From contig OZ296648.1 of NCBI GenBank assembly GCA_965655095.1, positions 123,070,001 through 123,134,000 on the forward strand: DNA of 64,000 nt, in the 5' to 3' direction. Below, in pieces: positions 1 through 12,000 of the stretch. The position numbers and the translations under genes were made by a program. Source of the stretch: Haplodiscus bocki. Lineage: Eukaryota. The notes beneath the pieces were generated by a model, which was not told the origin of the DNA, did not search any database, and was given only the letters and a program-made list of their open reading frames with translations. Every line of letters begins with the position of its first letter. Position 1 is the first letter of the stretch.

Positions 1-469
1 GGTTCGTCAAGTACTGTCAACCCAAGGTTGTCTGGCAGTCCGTCAGGTCTTGGTATTTTCAAGAAAGCGTCAATGTCGCCAACTGCAGGAATGAAATCAG
101 GAATGAACGGCTTCAGTCTATATTCCAAGTCAAGACTCTGCGGGGTGTATTTAGTTATGTAGCGAAATATCTCTTTCACTTCATTGTCGACCTTTAGGTG
201 CTCGTACTCTGCAGGGTCATAAGCTCCTTCAGGGGCATCGTCGTCTTCGTCATCGTCACTGCTGTCCTCTTCGTCGTCTTCATCGTCATTGGCATCGTCC
301 GCGTTCGGAGGTCGTTTAGCCAGAACTGGTTTAGATGAACGACTTTCCGTCGCTGCGCTGGATGGTTTGTTGGTTGAACCTGGCTTAGTCAAGTACTCGG
401 AAGTATCTTCCTCACTCAAATCGTCGTCTCGGTTCATCGCTGAGGGGTTCGGTTTCAGAGGCGCAACTT
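1..469 (-). CDS. IFT46: Intraflagellar transport protein 46, large internal coding exon (3'-partial, continues past window start)
   Basis: Manual minus-strand translation is open: ...EVAPLKPNPSAMNRDDD...DDANDDEDDEEDSSDDDEDDDAPEGAYDPAEYEHLKVDNEVKEIFRYITKYTPQSLDLEYRLKPFIPDFIPAVGDIDAFLKIPRPDGLPDNLGLTVLDEP. The acidic tract followed by EGAYDP..YEHL...LKPFIPDFIPAVGDIDAFLK.PRPDG...LGL.VLDEP is the IFT46 signature. Acceptor TATTCCAACAG ends at 470 (phase 1). Missed by the ORF track because it has no stop in the window. Confidence 0.95.
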
Positions 470-1942
470 CTGTTGGAATAGAATACATTCATTAGCGTCG
501 ACTGAAACTGGATTATGACGTACCAACTCCGATAGAACTACGATTGAATAGTCTTTTAATTCGAAAACTGTTCACGAACTACATGAGCTATAACTCAAGT
601 AACTCATCAATTTTTGGAACTAGCATTTCTAAGCGCTCATTGCTAATTCTAAAGCATAAAATGACTAAATCAAAGCGTTTTGACGCGAATTATAAGACAT
701 TTTTGCCGGCGTTTTATGAAATTTAAAACTCAACTTTCAACAATCACCTGTTTAGTTTAAAATTTATCTGTTACAAGACCATTCTAAAGGACAATAGTAA
801 CTTTTGACGAAACTTGTCAATTTTATTCAAAAAAATTCGATGGTTTCCAAGACAACAACAGTCTCTAAGTGTTTATTTTCAATCTTTCAGTGTTCTGGTC
901 CCTGGGTGCTCTCGGGCAGGGCCCCTGGCTTGTTGTTTCTCGCCCGTTATCTTTCTCTATTGCTCTTTTCCCAGCCAGGCATGTTCGAATGATATCTCAG
1001 ACAGAACATCGAATTTATCAAAAAAATATGCGATCTCAGATCAGGTACCCGAAGGTTTCCACTACAATTTTTTCTTCAATTTTTCAGCGAGATTACATGT
1101 AACTCTGCAAGTCTCCAACTGCATAGAACAGAAAACTAAAACAAATTTACAAATTACACTGACAGATGATCACGCACATTTTGGAGATTTGACCTCCAAG
1201 GAAGACGCGTTATGACCTTCAAAAAATCTAAATCTAATCCAGTCAGTATCCCCAAAATTTTTTCATAAAAGACGAGCATAAACGAACAGACAGTGAAATA
1301 TCAAAACTTTTCATGATTTCTTAGTATGTGTGTACCAGCAAAGAACAGGAGTCACACTCTACTCCTGTAACAAAAAATGTGTACCAAACAAACCCCCAAT
1401 CCAGTGAATCACAACAGAAACTAATATGGCAAAATACGCAAATCGACGCAGAAGAATCAAAAAAGCGGCCATCCTAAAAAATCATGAACGAACCAGTCAA
1501 TAGGCTTCGACGGTATCCGAAATGGTGTGCAGAAAACCTTTCTGATACCCAGCGAAAACTGCCGGCGCTCCTGTCAATTGCCTTAGAAATGTCTTTTTTT
1601 ATACTCCTTGAAAGTCTGGTTTAAAAATGCCAATTTTTGATAATAGGAGCAAAGTAAACATGCTACAGTCATGTCACACATAATGTAATCTGTTCCAAAG
1701 TTTTGAGAAAAAAATCAGTCACACTTACACGCAAGTACAACCACTTCTAAAAGATTGTCAATAAGGATCCCCAGCCCTAAATAATCGGCAGTTTTACGGA
1801 TTCATACAAAAGGTATTTGAGGATTACAACTTACAAGACGGCCGGCCACCACCGGCATATTCTGCGCCCTCCCATTTATGCAAAGAAGGCTTTTAAAAAG
1901 ACCAAAACGTTTTTTTTTCTCGGAAAAACACTCTTTCTTCAT

Positions 1943-1980
1943 AATAGTTTTTAATTTTTCCAATAGTTTTTAATTTTTCC
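1943..1980. repeat. 19-bp tandem duplication
   Basis: AATAGTTTTTAATTTTTCC x2. Confidence 0.85.
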
Positions 1981-2197
1981 AACCTTCAAAGTTTCCTCAA
2001 TTTTTGCCAAAAAAACCTCACAATTAGGGCGGAAGACATTTTTGAGAAACAAAACCATTTGATGAGCATTTTACAGCAAAGTTGCCACCTTTAGCGATTT
2101 TGAATAAAAGTCAAGCTTTTTTTTCGAAAAGCCCATCTATTTTTCCAAAAAAACCCCAAAATTTGAACGTTTCAAGAAATCTCACTATTTCAGTCTT

Positions 2198-2415
2198 GGC
2201 AATTTCTGCAATCTCGGCAATTTATGCAATCTTGGGAATCTCGGCACTCTTGCATTTCTGCCTTTTTTTGGCATTTTTAATATTTTCGGCTTTTTGGCCA
2301 CTCTGGCCATTTTGGCCTTCCTGGCCACTCTCGCCATTCAGGCCAATCTGGCTTGTCTGTCATTCTGGCCATTTTAGCCATACTGGCCATTTTGGCAATT
2401 TTAGCCGTTTTGGCT
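2198..2415. repeat. Degenerate 9-bp-period minisatellite (consensus ~GGCCATTTT/GGCAATTTT)
   Basis: Successive units such as ggccactct ggccatttt ggccttcct ggccactct cgccattca ggccaatct ... agccatact ggccatttt ggcaatttt agccgtttt. Confidence 0.8.
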
Positions 2416-4112
2416 AAAAATTTCACGCGAGCCAACATCGTTTTTACGCGAGCTCAATTGGCAAACATCGGGTAAAAGAACGCACCTATGAGAAAGATTT
2501 TGCTTTCATATTCTTAAGAACATGGTGCAAAATAACAAACTATGAAACAACCAACCTATGGACACTTTATGTGGACTTCTTCTCAGCCTTTGTTAAAGTC
2601 TACTAGCACTAAAGCAGAAAAAATCTAAATCAGCGTAAAGTTCAAGACGTAGTCAAACGCGAGCAGAGATGAAGCGGAAATTCGAAACACAATGCACATT
2701 CTCAAACACAACCTTTTAGGACGCTAATATTCATTTTCCCGACCGATGTTTCAAAAATAAGCACTTCTTTTCAAATATCGAGATTAAGCAAATACCTGCC
2801 ACATATCTTAACAATAGGCTCCCTGGCGGAGATCGACCATCGAAGCGATTTAACTACAAGATCACCGATTTCTTTACATCAATTTTCAACGGCCAGCAAA
2901 ACAGCTCCATAAAAGATCAATAAGTTCAACCAACGCCAAAAAAATACAGTCATGATATTTTGCTTAACATGAAAGTTCTCCGAAAAAAAATGATAGCCTT
3001 GCGTCTACAGAAAATACGACAACGGTAACAGAAGTTTTTCATGATATCCCTTTGCTCACGCCGCAAAACCTGAAGCTCCCAGTGATCTTCCCGATAGTCC
3101 TCCAAAATATCATTGACGGTATGCAGAACATAGTATTTTCTTTAAACATATGAAATTATAATACCCCTACTTAAATACTTGAATTTCAGGTCTTGATTTT
3201 TTTTTGTATTTTGGGAATAGAAGACTACTTTGCCTGAGCGGAAAGAGCTTCATATGCTTGTGTCACAATCCTTTTGCTAAGTTGAAGCCGAACCTTTCAA
3301 TAATTGATATATTACTCCTCTGAGCTGGTTGATAAAAGCTCAGCTTTCTTGAACCCTAAACAATTGGAACAAAACACAAATCTGAAACTTCACAATTTTG
3401 ACATTCATAGCAGATCACCGAGTGGTCGTTCATCCAAATGTCTCAAGTCGACAATTCCATGACCGATAATTGGAAGCGCTGACTTTCATACAATAAAACT
3501 CAACAAACTTGACATTTACAGGGGATAATCGATTGGTGGACTGCGATATTGCGGTAGTAAGCTTTTCTTCGGATATTTTCATTTTCAATAATCTACTTTC
3601 TGTTACCGTCAAAGAAAGTTGAGTTCTTGAATTTGGGAGAAGATACGACTTTCAATTTATTGCGTTGGGTTCGATAGATGATTTAGAAAGTTTCGCCGAA
3701 AATAGTTTTTCTATTTTGACCTGTCTTTGAGAAAAAGGCAGTTTTTATTATGGTTATAATTGAGATCTTCAGAGATTTGATATGACAAAACTGGTCAAAC
3801 TGGTCAAAACGCAACATGTTAGAGACGGTTAATCAAGAGTGCTGAAATTTCGAAATTTTTAGATTTGGCGTTCATGGCCGCTGAACAGAAGCCACGAAAA
3901 AAAACACTGCTCACTAATACAAACGAGGAGTTTTGTAACATTGTAACAAAAAATACCGGAAAAATCGATTGCAAAGGAAGGAAAAACATCGTCAAAACAA
4001 TGTACAGAACACGCCAATGCCCATGAGAACACATAAACCACAAAATGCCAATAATTTACAGGGTGGATCGCGAAATCCGAAAAAAACGTACTCTAGTTTT
4101 GTGTCCAAAATT

Positions 4113-5925
4113 TAAAAAAACCATTTTTTCAGCCAAAACTATGTGAAAACGAGTTGCCTCTTCACCTGTAGCACCGTTATTCTGAAAGAAGAGTGGGGTG
4201 AAGCTAGCGTTTTCAATTTCACATTCACGTTCATTGTATTGGGTCTTTTCAATTGTTTCGTTTTGTTTCAGGATTGTTTTCTAGGTATTATTCACGTGAC
4301 TAAGACAGTTTGGGTGGGTTACTCAGACATCAAAAAGATTTCCGCAGAAGTCGCCAGAAACTCCGACATGATAAATCGAGCATCGCATTTTCATCTGAAT
4401 TAGCTGTGCGAGAGAGAATATTTGAGTTTAAAGGTATCAGAGCCGGTTCAATTTCGACTTCTTTGCATACAATCGATAGTAAGTCCGCTTCAAGATCTCG
4501 TATCGCGTTATGTCCGGGGATTACAAATCCTCAAAGTTGATATGTCATTGCGTGATCATTGCTGTTTTCCTTCCTGCATTCACATAGGCGAGGCATATCC
4601 TTAATACCCGACCCATATGTCAAATGTATTGCATCTTCGAACAATACTCTGTTGGAGTCCATTCCTTGTTGTTTGGATGGTAATGATGTCAACCATGTTG
4701 ATATTCCTTTTGCTTGCAATAGTTCTATGTGCCTCTGCATTTTATCGTCAGTTTTTCCCCAGTACTTCCTAGTAGGACATTTTGTGGTTGATTGCAGTAT
4801 ATTTCTTCAATATCCCGTCAGGATCAGATTGAAAAGCTTCCCCAGATATTATCGCTTCCTTTACTTCTTCAGTTAGAAAATCGGGAGAGCGGAATTGTTG
4901 TCGGCATTGGTGAGACGGATATGAAGTCACGGGTTCTTCATACCGAAGAGGTAGGGCAGTAGTATCTCTCCGTATCAGAAACGTTTTGGTGTCCGATGAT
5001 AACTTCCACGAAGCTACGAAAATCTTCTTCTAAGGGTTTCATCAAATCACTCACATTGTCAAGGGTTCTCTGGAAATAGTTCCAACTGTTCTAGAGAATT
5101 CGATTGTACGCTATGTGGCAGAGATAGGGCTCGGATCGCGCTGCTTTTGATAATGCGCAAACTTGATTTCTCTAGGTTTTGATTTTGTCATCTGCGAACA
5201 TCCTGCAATATTCTATTTCACCTAAAACGGCTCCCAAAATTTTCCGTGCGGTTTGAATGATGTTCATTCCGGTGTTTTGGAAAAATCTGTTAGCTTCAGC
5301 TTTTATTTCTTCAGATTCGCAGATCAGCCAACATTTATATGCCTTGGGAAAGTAACCATACTTTGGGTCAAAGCCGTTTATCTGGTCCCACCATTTTTTT
5401 AACTCTCAAAATTTCACCCAGGCACGCAGCGTCATCCGCAAACCATTCCTATACTATAGTCTCTGCTTCGAGTCTTTCCATTAACGCATTCATACCCATA
5501 GCGTAATAGGCCATTGCAATGTTGTCCCCTTGTGTAGTGCCTTCTTGCAATTCAAGTTCCAAGCCTTTCCACGTGAACAGGCGTGCTGCTTCCTGGTACG
5601 TGATCATTAGATAGCAATGGACTTTGGGACAGATGAATTGAGCGTTGTGTAGGGATCTTTCTCGGCTCATGCTATTGAAAGCGTTGGATGTGTCTGTCTG
5701 AAGCATGCATTCCGTTGAAGGTAAACCATAGATTTTTTGCAGCCTCGTGGATAGCAGCTTCAATGCCACCTTCTTGTCCACCGCAGGTTTGTCGGACGCC
5801 AACTTCTTCGAACACATCCGCCTTCAGAAGCTTCGAAAAAGTTTTACCGATGACTCTTCGTAGAACTTCTTCTATGCCAATCGGTCTGACAGCACTTAGC
5901 CCACCCTTGTCCAAACCAATAGTTC
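4113..5925 (-). pseudogene. CRE-clade RT + restriction-like endonuclease fragment in array unit 1 (representative of all 18 units)
   Basis: Frameshifted fragments across copies: DKGGLSAVRPIGIEEVLRRVIGK, QTCGGQEGGIEAAIH, QTDTSNAFNSMSR, EGTTQGDNIAMAYYA, (Q)EWFADDAACLG, YGYFPKAYKCWLI, KHLGAVVG, KGISTWLTSLP, CECRKENSNDHAMT, VEIEPAL, LDLSCRSFW, ENASFTPLFF..NGATGEEATRFH..LAEK. These match metazoan CRE RT, Zn-knuckle and RLE motifs. Confidence 0.9.
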
Positions 5926-6032
5926 TGCATGCTTTCCTCCACTAAGGCTTTCTGTTACAGTGCATGACACCCCTTTAACTGGATTTCAAATATTAGGACG
6001 CACACATGTAATCTATTTCAGTCAGGTACCAG
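5926..6032. other. ~107-bp inter-unit linker, present between all adjacent units but not at either array end
   Basis: TGCATGCTTTCCTCCACTAAGG...CTATTTCAGTCAGGTACCAG follows CCAATAGTTC in units 1-17. The donor copy instead continues GACAGGCGGTG (51136) and unit 1 is preceded by CAATTGGAAC. Confidence 0.85.
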
Positions 6033-9000
6033 AAAACACAAATCTGAAACTTCACAATTTTGACATTCATAGCAGATCACCGAGTGGTCGTTCATCCACA
6101 TGTCTCAAGTCGACAATTCCATGACCGATAAATGGAAGCGCTGACTTTCATACAATAAAACTCAACAAACTTGACATTTACAGCGGATAATCGATTGGTC
6201 GACTGCGATATTGCGGTAGTAAGCTTTTCTTCGGATATTTTCATTTTCAATAATCTACTTTCTGTTACCGTCAAAGAAAGTTGAGTTCTTGAATTTGGGA
6301 AAAGATACGACTTTCAATTTATTGCGTTGGGTTCGTTAGATAATTTAGAAAGTTTCGCCGATAATAGTTTTTCTATTTTGATCCGTCTTTGAGAAAAAGG
6401 CACTTTTTATTATGGTTATAATTGAGATCTTCAGAGATTTGATATGACAAAACTGGTCAAATTGGTCAAAATGCAACATGTTAGAGACGGTTAATCAACA
6501 GTGCTGAAATTTAGAACTCTTTAGATTTGGCGTTCATGGCCGTTAAACAAAAGCCACGGAAAAAAACACTTCTCACTAATACAAACGAGGAGTTTTGTAA
6601 CATTGTAACAAAAAAACAGGAAAAAATCGATTGCAAAGGAAGGAAAAACATCGTTAAGACAATGTACAGAACACGCCAATGCCCATGAGAACACAAAAAC
6701 CACAAAATGCCAGTAATTTACCTGGTGGATCGCGATATCCGTAAAAAAACAAACGAAATTTCTGTGTCCAAAATTTAAAAAAAAATCAATTTTCAGCCAA
6801 AACTATGTGAAAACGAGTTGCCTCTTCACCTGTAGCACCGTTATTCTGAAAGAAGAGTGGGGTGAAGCTAGCGTTTTCAATTTCACATTCACCTTCATTG
6901 TATTGGGTCTTTTCAATTGTTTCGTTTCGTTTCAGGATTGTTTTCTGGGTATTATTCACGTGACTGAGACAGTTTGGGTGGGTTACTCAGACATCAAAAG
7001 AGATTTCTGCAGAAGTCGCCAGAAACTCCGGCATGATAAATCGAGCATCGCATTTTCATCTGAATTAGCTGTGCGAGAGAGAATATTTGAGTTTCAAGGT
7101 ATCAGAGCCGGTTCAATTTCGACTTCTTTGCATACAATCGATAGTAAGTCCGCTTCAAGATCTCGTATCGCGTTATGTCCGGGGATTACAAATCCTCAAA
7201 GTTGATATGTCATTGCGTGATCATTGCTGTTTTCCTTCCTGCATTCACATAGGCGAGGCATATCCTTAATACCCGACCCATATGTCAAATGTATTGCATC
7301 TTCGTACAATACTCTGTTGGAGTCCATTCCTTGTTGTTTGGATGGTAATGATGTCAACCATGTTCAGATTCCTAGTTCTATGTGCCTCTGCAGTTTATCG
7401 TCAGTTTTTCCTGGTACTTCCTCGAAGGACACTTTGTGGTTGATTGCAGTAAATTTCTTCAATATCCCGTCAGGATCAGTTTGAAGAGCTTCTCCAGATA
7501 TGATCGCTTCCTTTACTTCTTCAGTTAGAAAATCGGGAGAGCGGAATTGTTCTCGGCATTGGTGAGACGGATATGGAGTCACGAGTCCTCCATACCGAAG
7601 AGGTAGGGCAGTAATATCTCTCCGTATCAGAAACGTTTTGACGTCCGATGATAACTTCCACGAAGCTACGAAAATCTTCTTCTAAGGGTTTCATCAAATC
7701 ACTCAGATTGTCAAGGGTTCTCTGGAAATAGTTCCAACTGTCCTGGAGAATTCGAGTGTACGCTATGTGGCAGAGATAGGGCTCGGATCGCGCTGCTTTC
7801 GATTATGCGCAAACTTGATTTCTCCAGGTTTTGGTTTTGTCATCTGCGGACATCCTGCAATATTCTATTTCACCTACAACGGCTCCCAAATGTTTCCGTG
7901 CGGTTTGAGTGATGTTCAACCCGGTGTTTTGGAAAAATCTGTTAGCCTCAGTTTTCATTTCTTCAGATTCGCAGATCAGCCAACATTTATATGCCTTGGG
8001 AAAAAAACCATACTTTGCGTCAAAGCCATTTATCTGGTCCCACCATTTTTTAACTCTCAAAAGTTCACCCAGGCACGCAGCGTCATCCGCAAACCATTCC
8101 TGTACTATAGTCTCGGCTTCGAGTCTTTCCATCAACGCATTCATACCGATAGCGTAATAGGCCATTGCAATGTTGTCCCCTTGTGTAGTGCCTTCTTGTA
8201 ATTCAAGTTCCATGCCTTTCCTCGTGAACAGGCGTGCTGCTTCCTGGTACGTGATCATTAGATAGCAATGGACTTTGGGACAGATGAATTGAGCGTTGTG
8301 TAGGGATAATTCTCGGCTCATGCTATTGAAAGCGTTGGATGTGACTATCTGAAGCATGCATTCCGTTGAAGGTAAACCATAGACTTTTTGCAGCCTCGTG
8401 GATAGCAGCTTCAATGCCACCTTCTTGCCCACCGCAGGTTTGTCGGACGCCAACTTATTCGAACACATTCGCTTCCAGAAGCTTCGAAAAAGTTTTACCG
8501 ATGACTCTTCGTAGAACTTCTTCTATGCCAATCGGTCTGACAGCACTTAGCCCACCCTTGTCCAAACCAATAGTTCTGCATGCTTTCCTCCAATAAGGCT
8601 TTCTATAACAGTGCATGACACCCCTGTACCTGGATTCTAAATATTAGGACGCACACATGTAATCTATTTCAGTCAGGTACCAAAAAATACAAATCTGAAA
8701 CTTCATAATTTTGACATTCATGGCAGATCACCGAGTGGTCGTTCATCCACATGTCTCAAGTCGACAATTCCATGACCGATAATTGGGAGCGCTGACTTTC
8801 ATACAATAAAACTCAACAAACTTGACATTCACAGCGGATAATCGATTGGTGGACTGCGATATTGCGGTAGTAAGCTTTTCTTCGGATATTTTCATTTTCA
8901 ATAATCTACTTTCTGTTACCGTCAAAGAAAGTTGAGTTCTTCAATTTGGGAGAAGATACGACTTTCAATTTTTTGCGTTGGGTTCGATAGATGATTTAGA

Positions 9001-12000
9001 AAGTTTCGCCGATAATAATTTTTCTATTTTGATCTATCTTTGAGAAAAAGGCAGTTTTTATTATGGTTATAATTGAGATCTTCAGAGATTTGATATGACA
9101 GAATTGGCCAAACTGGTCAAAATGCATTATGTTAGAGACGGTTAATCAAGAGTGCTGAAAAATAGAACTCTTTAGATTTGGCGTTCATGGCCGCTAAACA
9201 AAAGCCACGGAAAAAAACACTGCTCACTAATACAAACGAGGAGTTTTGTAACATTGTAACAAAAAGTACCGGAAAAAATCGATTGCAAAGGAAGAAAAAA
9301 CATCCTTAAAACAATGTACAGAACACGCCAATGCCCATGAGAACACATAAACCACAAAATGCCAATAATTAACAAGGTGGATCGCGAAATCCGAAAAAAA
9401 CATACTATATTTTTGTGTCCAAAATTTAAAAAAATTCATTTTTTCAGACAAAACTATGTGAAAACGAGTTGCCTCTTCACCTGTAGCGCCGTTATTCTGA
9501 AAGAAGAGCGGGGTGAAGCTGGCGTTTTCAGTGTCACATTCACGTTCATTGTATTGGGTCTTTTCAATTGTTTCGTTTTGTTTCAGGATTGTTTTCTAGG
9601 TATTATTCACGTGACTGAGACAGTTTGGGTGGGTTACTCAGACATCAAAAAGATTTCCGCAGAAGTCGCCAGAAACTCCGACATGATAAATCGAGCATCG
9701 CATTTTCATCTGAATCAGCTGTGCGAGAGAGAATATTTGATTTTAAAGGTATCAGAGCCGGTTCAATTTCGACTCCTTTGCATACAATTGATAGTAAGTC
9801 CGCTTCAAGATCTCGTAACGCGTTATGTCCGGGAATTACAAATCCTCAAAGTTGATATGTCATTGCGTGATCATTGCTGTTTTCCTTCCTGCATTCACAA
9901 AGGCGAGGCATGTCTTTAATACCCGACCCATATGTCAAATGTATTGCATCTTCGAACAATACTCTGTTGGAGTCCGTTCCTTGTTGTTTGGATGGTGATG
10001 ATGTCAACCATGTTGAGATTCCTTTTGCTTGCAATAGTTCTATGTGCCTCTGCATTTTATCGTCAGTTTTTCCTAGTACTTCCTAGTAGGACAATTTGTG
10101 GTTGATTGCAGTATGTTTCTTCAATATCCCGTCAGGATCAGATTGAAAAGCTTCCCCAGATATGATCGCTTCCTTTACTTCTTCAGCTAGAAAATCGGGA
10201 GAGCGGAATTGTTGTCGGCATTGATGAGACGGATATGAAGTCACGAGTCCTCCATACCCAAGAGGTAGGGCAGTAATATCTCTCCGTATCAGAAACGTTT
10301 TGACGTCCGATGACAACTTCCACGAAGCTACGAAAATCTTCTTCTAAGGAATTCATCAAATCACTCACATTGTCAAGGGGTCTCAGGAAATAGTTCCAAC
10401 TGTTCTGGAAAATTCGAGTGTACGCTATATGGCAGAGATAGGGCTCGGATCGCGCTGCTTTAGATAATGCGCAAACTTGATTTCTCCAGGTTTTGATTGT
10501 GTCATCTGCGAACATCCTGCAATATTCTATTTCACTTACAACGGCTCCCAAACGTTTCCGTGCGATTTCAGTGATGTTCATTGCGGTGTTTTGGAAAAAT
10601 CTGTTAGCTTCAGTTTTTATTTCTTCAGATTCGCAGATCAGCCAACATTTATATGCCTTGGGGAAGTAACCATACTTTGGGTCAAAGCCGTTTATCTGGT
10701 CCCACCTTTTTTTAACTCTCAAAATTTCACCCAGGCACGCAGCGTCATCCGCAAACCATTCCTATACTATAGTCTCTGCTTCGAGTCTTTCCATCAACGC
10801 TTTCATACCGATAGCGTAATAGGCCATAGCAATGTTGTCCCCCTGTGTAGTGCCTTCTTGCAATTCAAGTTCCATGCCTTTCCACGTGAACAGGCGTGCT
10901 GCTTCCTGGTACGTGATCATTAGATAGCAATGGACTTTGGGACAGATGAATTGAGCGTTGTGTAGGGATCTTTCCTGGTTCATGCTATTGAAAGCGATGG
11001 ATGTGTCTGTCTGAAGCATGCATTCCGTTGAAGGTAAACCATAGATTTTTTGCAGCCTCGTGGATAGCAGCTTCAATGCCACCTTCTTGTCACCGCAGGT
11101 TTGTCGGACGCCAACTTCTTCGAACACATCCGCCTTCAGAAGCTTCGAAAAAGTTTTACCGATGACTCTTCGTAGAACTTCTTCTATGCCAATCGGTCTG
11201 ACAGCACTTAGCCCACCCTTGTCCAAACCAATAGTTCTGCATGCTTTCCTCCACTAAGGCTTTCTGTTACAGTGCATGACACCCCTGTACCTGGATTTTA
11301 AATATTAGGACGCACACATAAAATCTATTTCAGTCAGGTACCAAAAAACACAAATCTGAAACTTCACAATTTTGACATTCATGGCAGATCACCGAGTGGT
11401 CGTTCATCCACATGTCTCAAGTCGACAATTCCATGACCGATAATTGGAAGCGCTGACTTTCATACAATAAAACTCAACAAACTTGACATTCACAGCGGAT
11501 AATCCATTGGTGGACTGCGACATTGCGGTAGTAAGCTTTTCTTCGGATATTTTCATTTTCAATAATCTACTTTCTGTTACCGTCAAAGAAAGTTGAGTTC
11601 ATGAATTTGGGAAAAGATACGACTTTCAATTTATTGCGTTGGTTCGATAGATGGTTTAGAAAGTTTCGCCGATAATAGTTTTTCTATTTTGATCTGTCTT
11701 TGAGAAAAAGGCAGTTTTTATTATGGTTATAATTGAGATCTTCAGAGATTTGATATGACAAAACTGGCCAAACTGGTCAAAATGCAACATGTTAGAGACG
11801 GTTAATCGAGAGTGCTGAAATTTAGAACTCTTCAGATTTGGCGTTCATGGCCGTTAAACAAAAGCCACGGAAAAAAACATTACTCACTAATACAAACGGG
11901 GAATTTTGTAACATTGTAACAAAAAACAACGGAAAAAATAGATTGCAAAGGAAGCAAAAACATCGTTAAAACAATGTACAGAACACGCCAATGCCCATGA

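Noticed and set aside
289-495. Plus-strand 68-aa ORF
   Set aside because: Antisense shadow of the IFT46 exon.
470-580. Short intron GTACGT...CAG (523-470) with an upstream mini-exon
   Set aside because: Available acceptors give 14-, 44- or 55-nt exons, none preserving phase, and upstream frames contain stops.
3430-3612. 60-aa ORF MTVTESRLLKMK... retained in 16 of 18 units
   Set aside because: TTG start and no recognisable motif. Retention is explained by recent duplication, and it is broken in units 13 and 18.
4155-4180. CAG|GT recursive splice sites in each unit (minus-strand CTACAGGTGAAG)
   Set aside because: No polypyrimidine tract; it is simply decayed RLE coding sequence (GATGE).
4143-5945. 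Recurrent plus-strand ORFs in every unit (MKTSCLF..., MISPGF..., MCLSEA...)
   Set aside because: Antisense frames of the CRE RT/RLE coding region.
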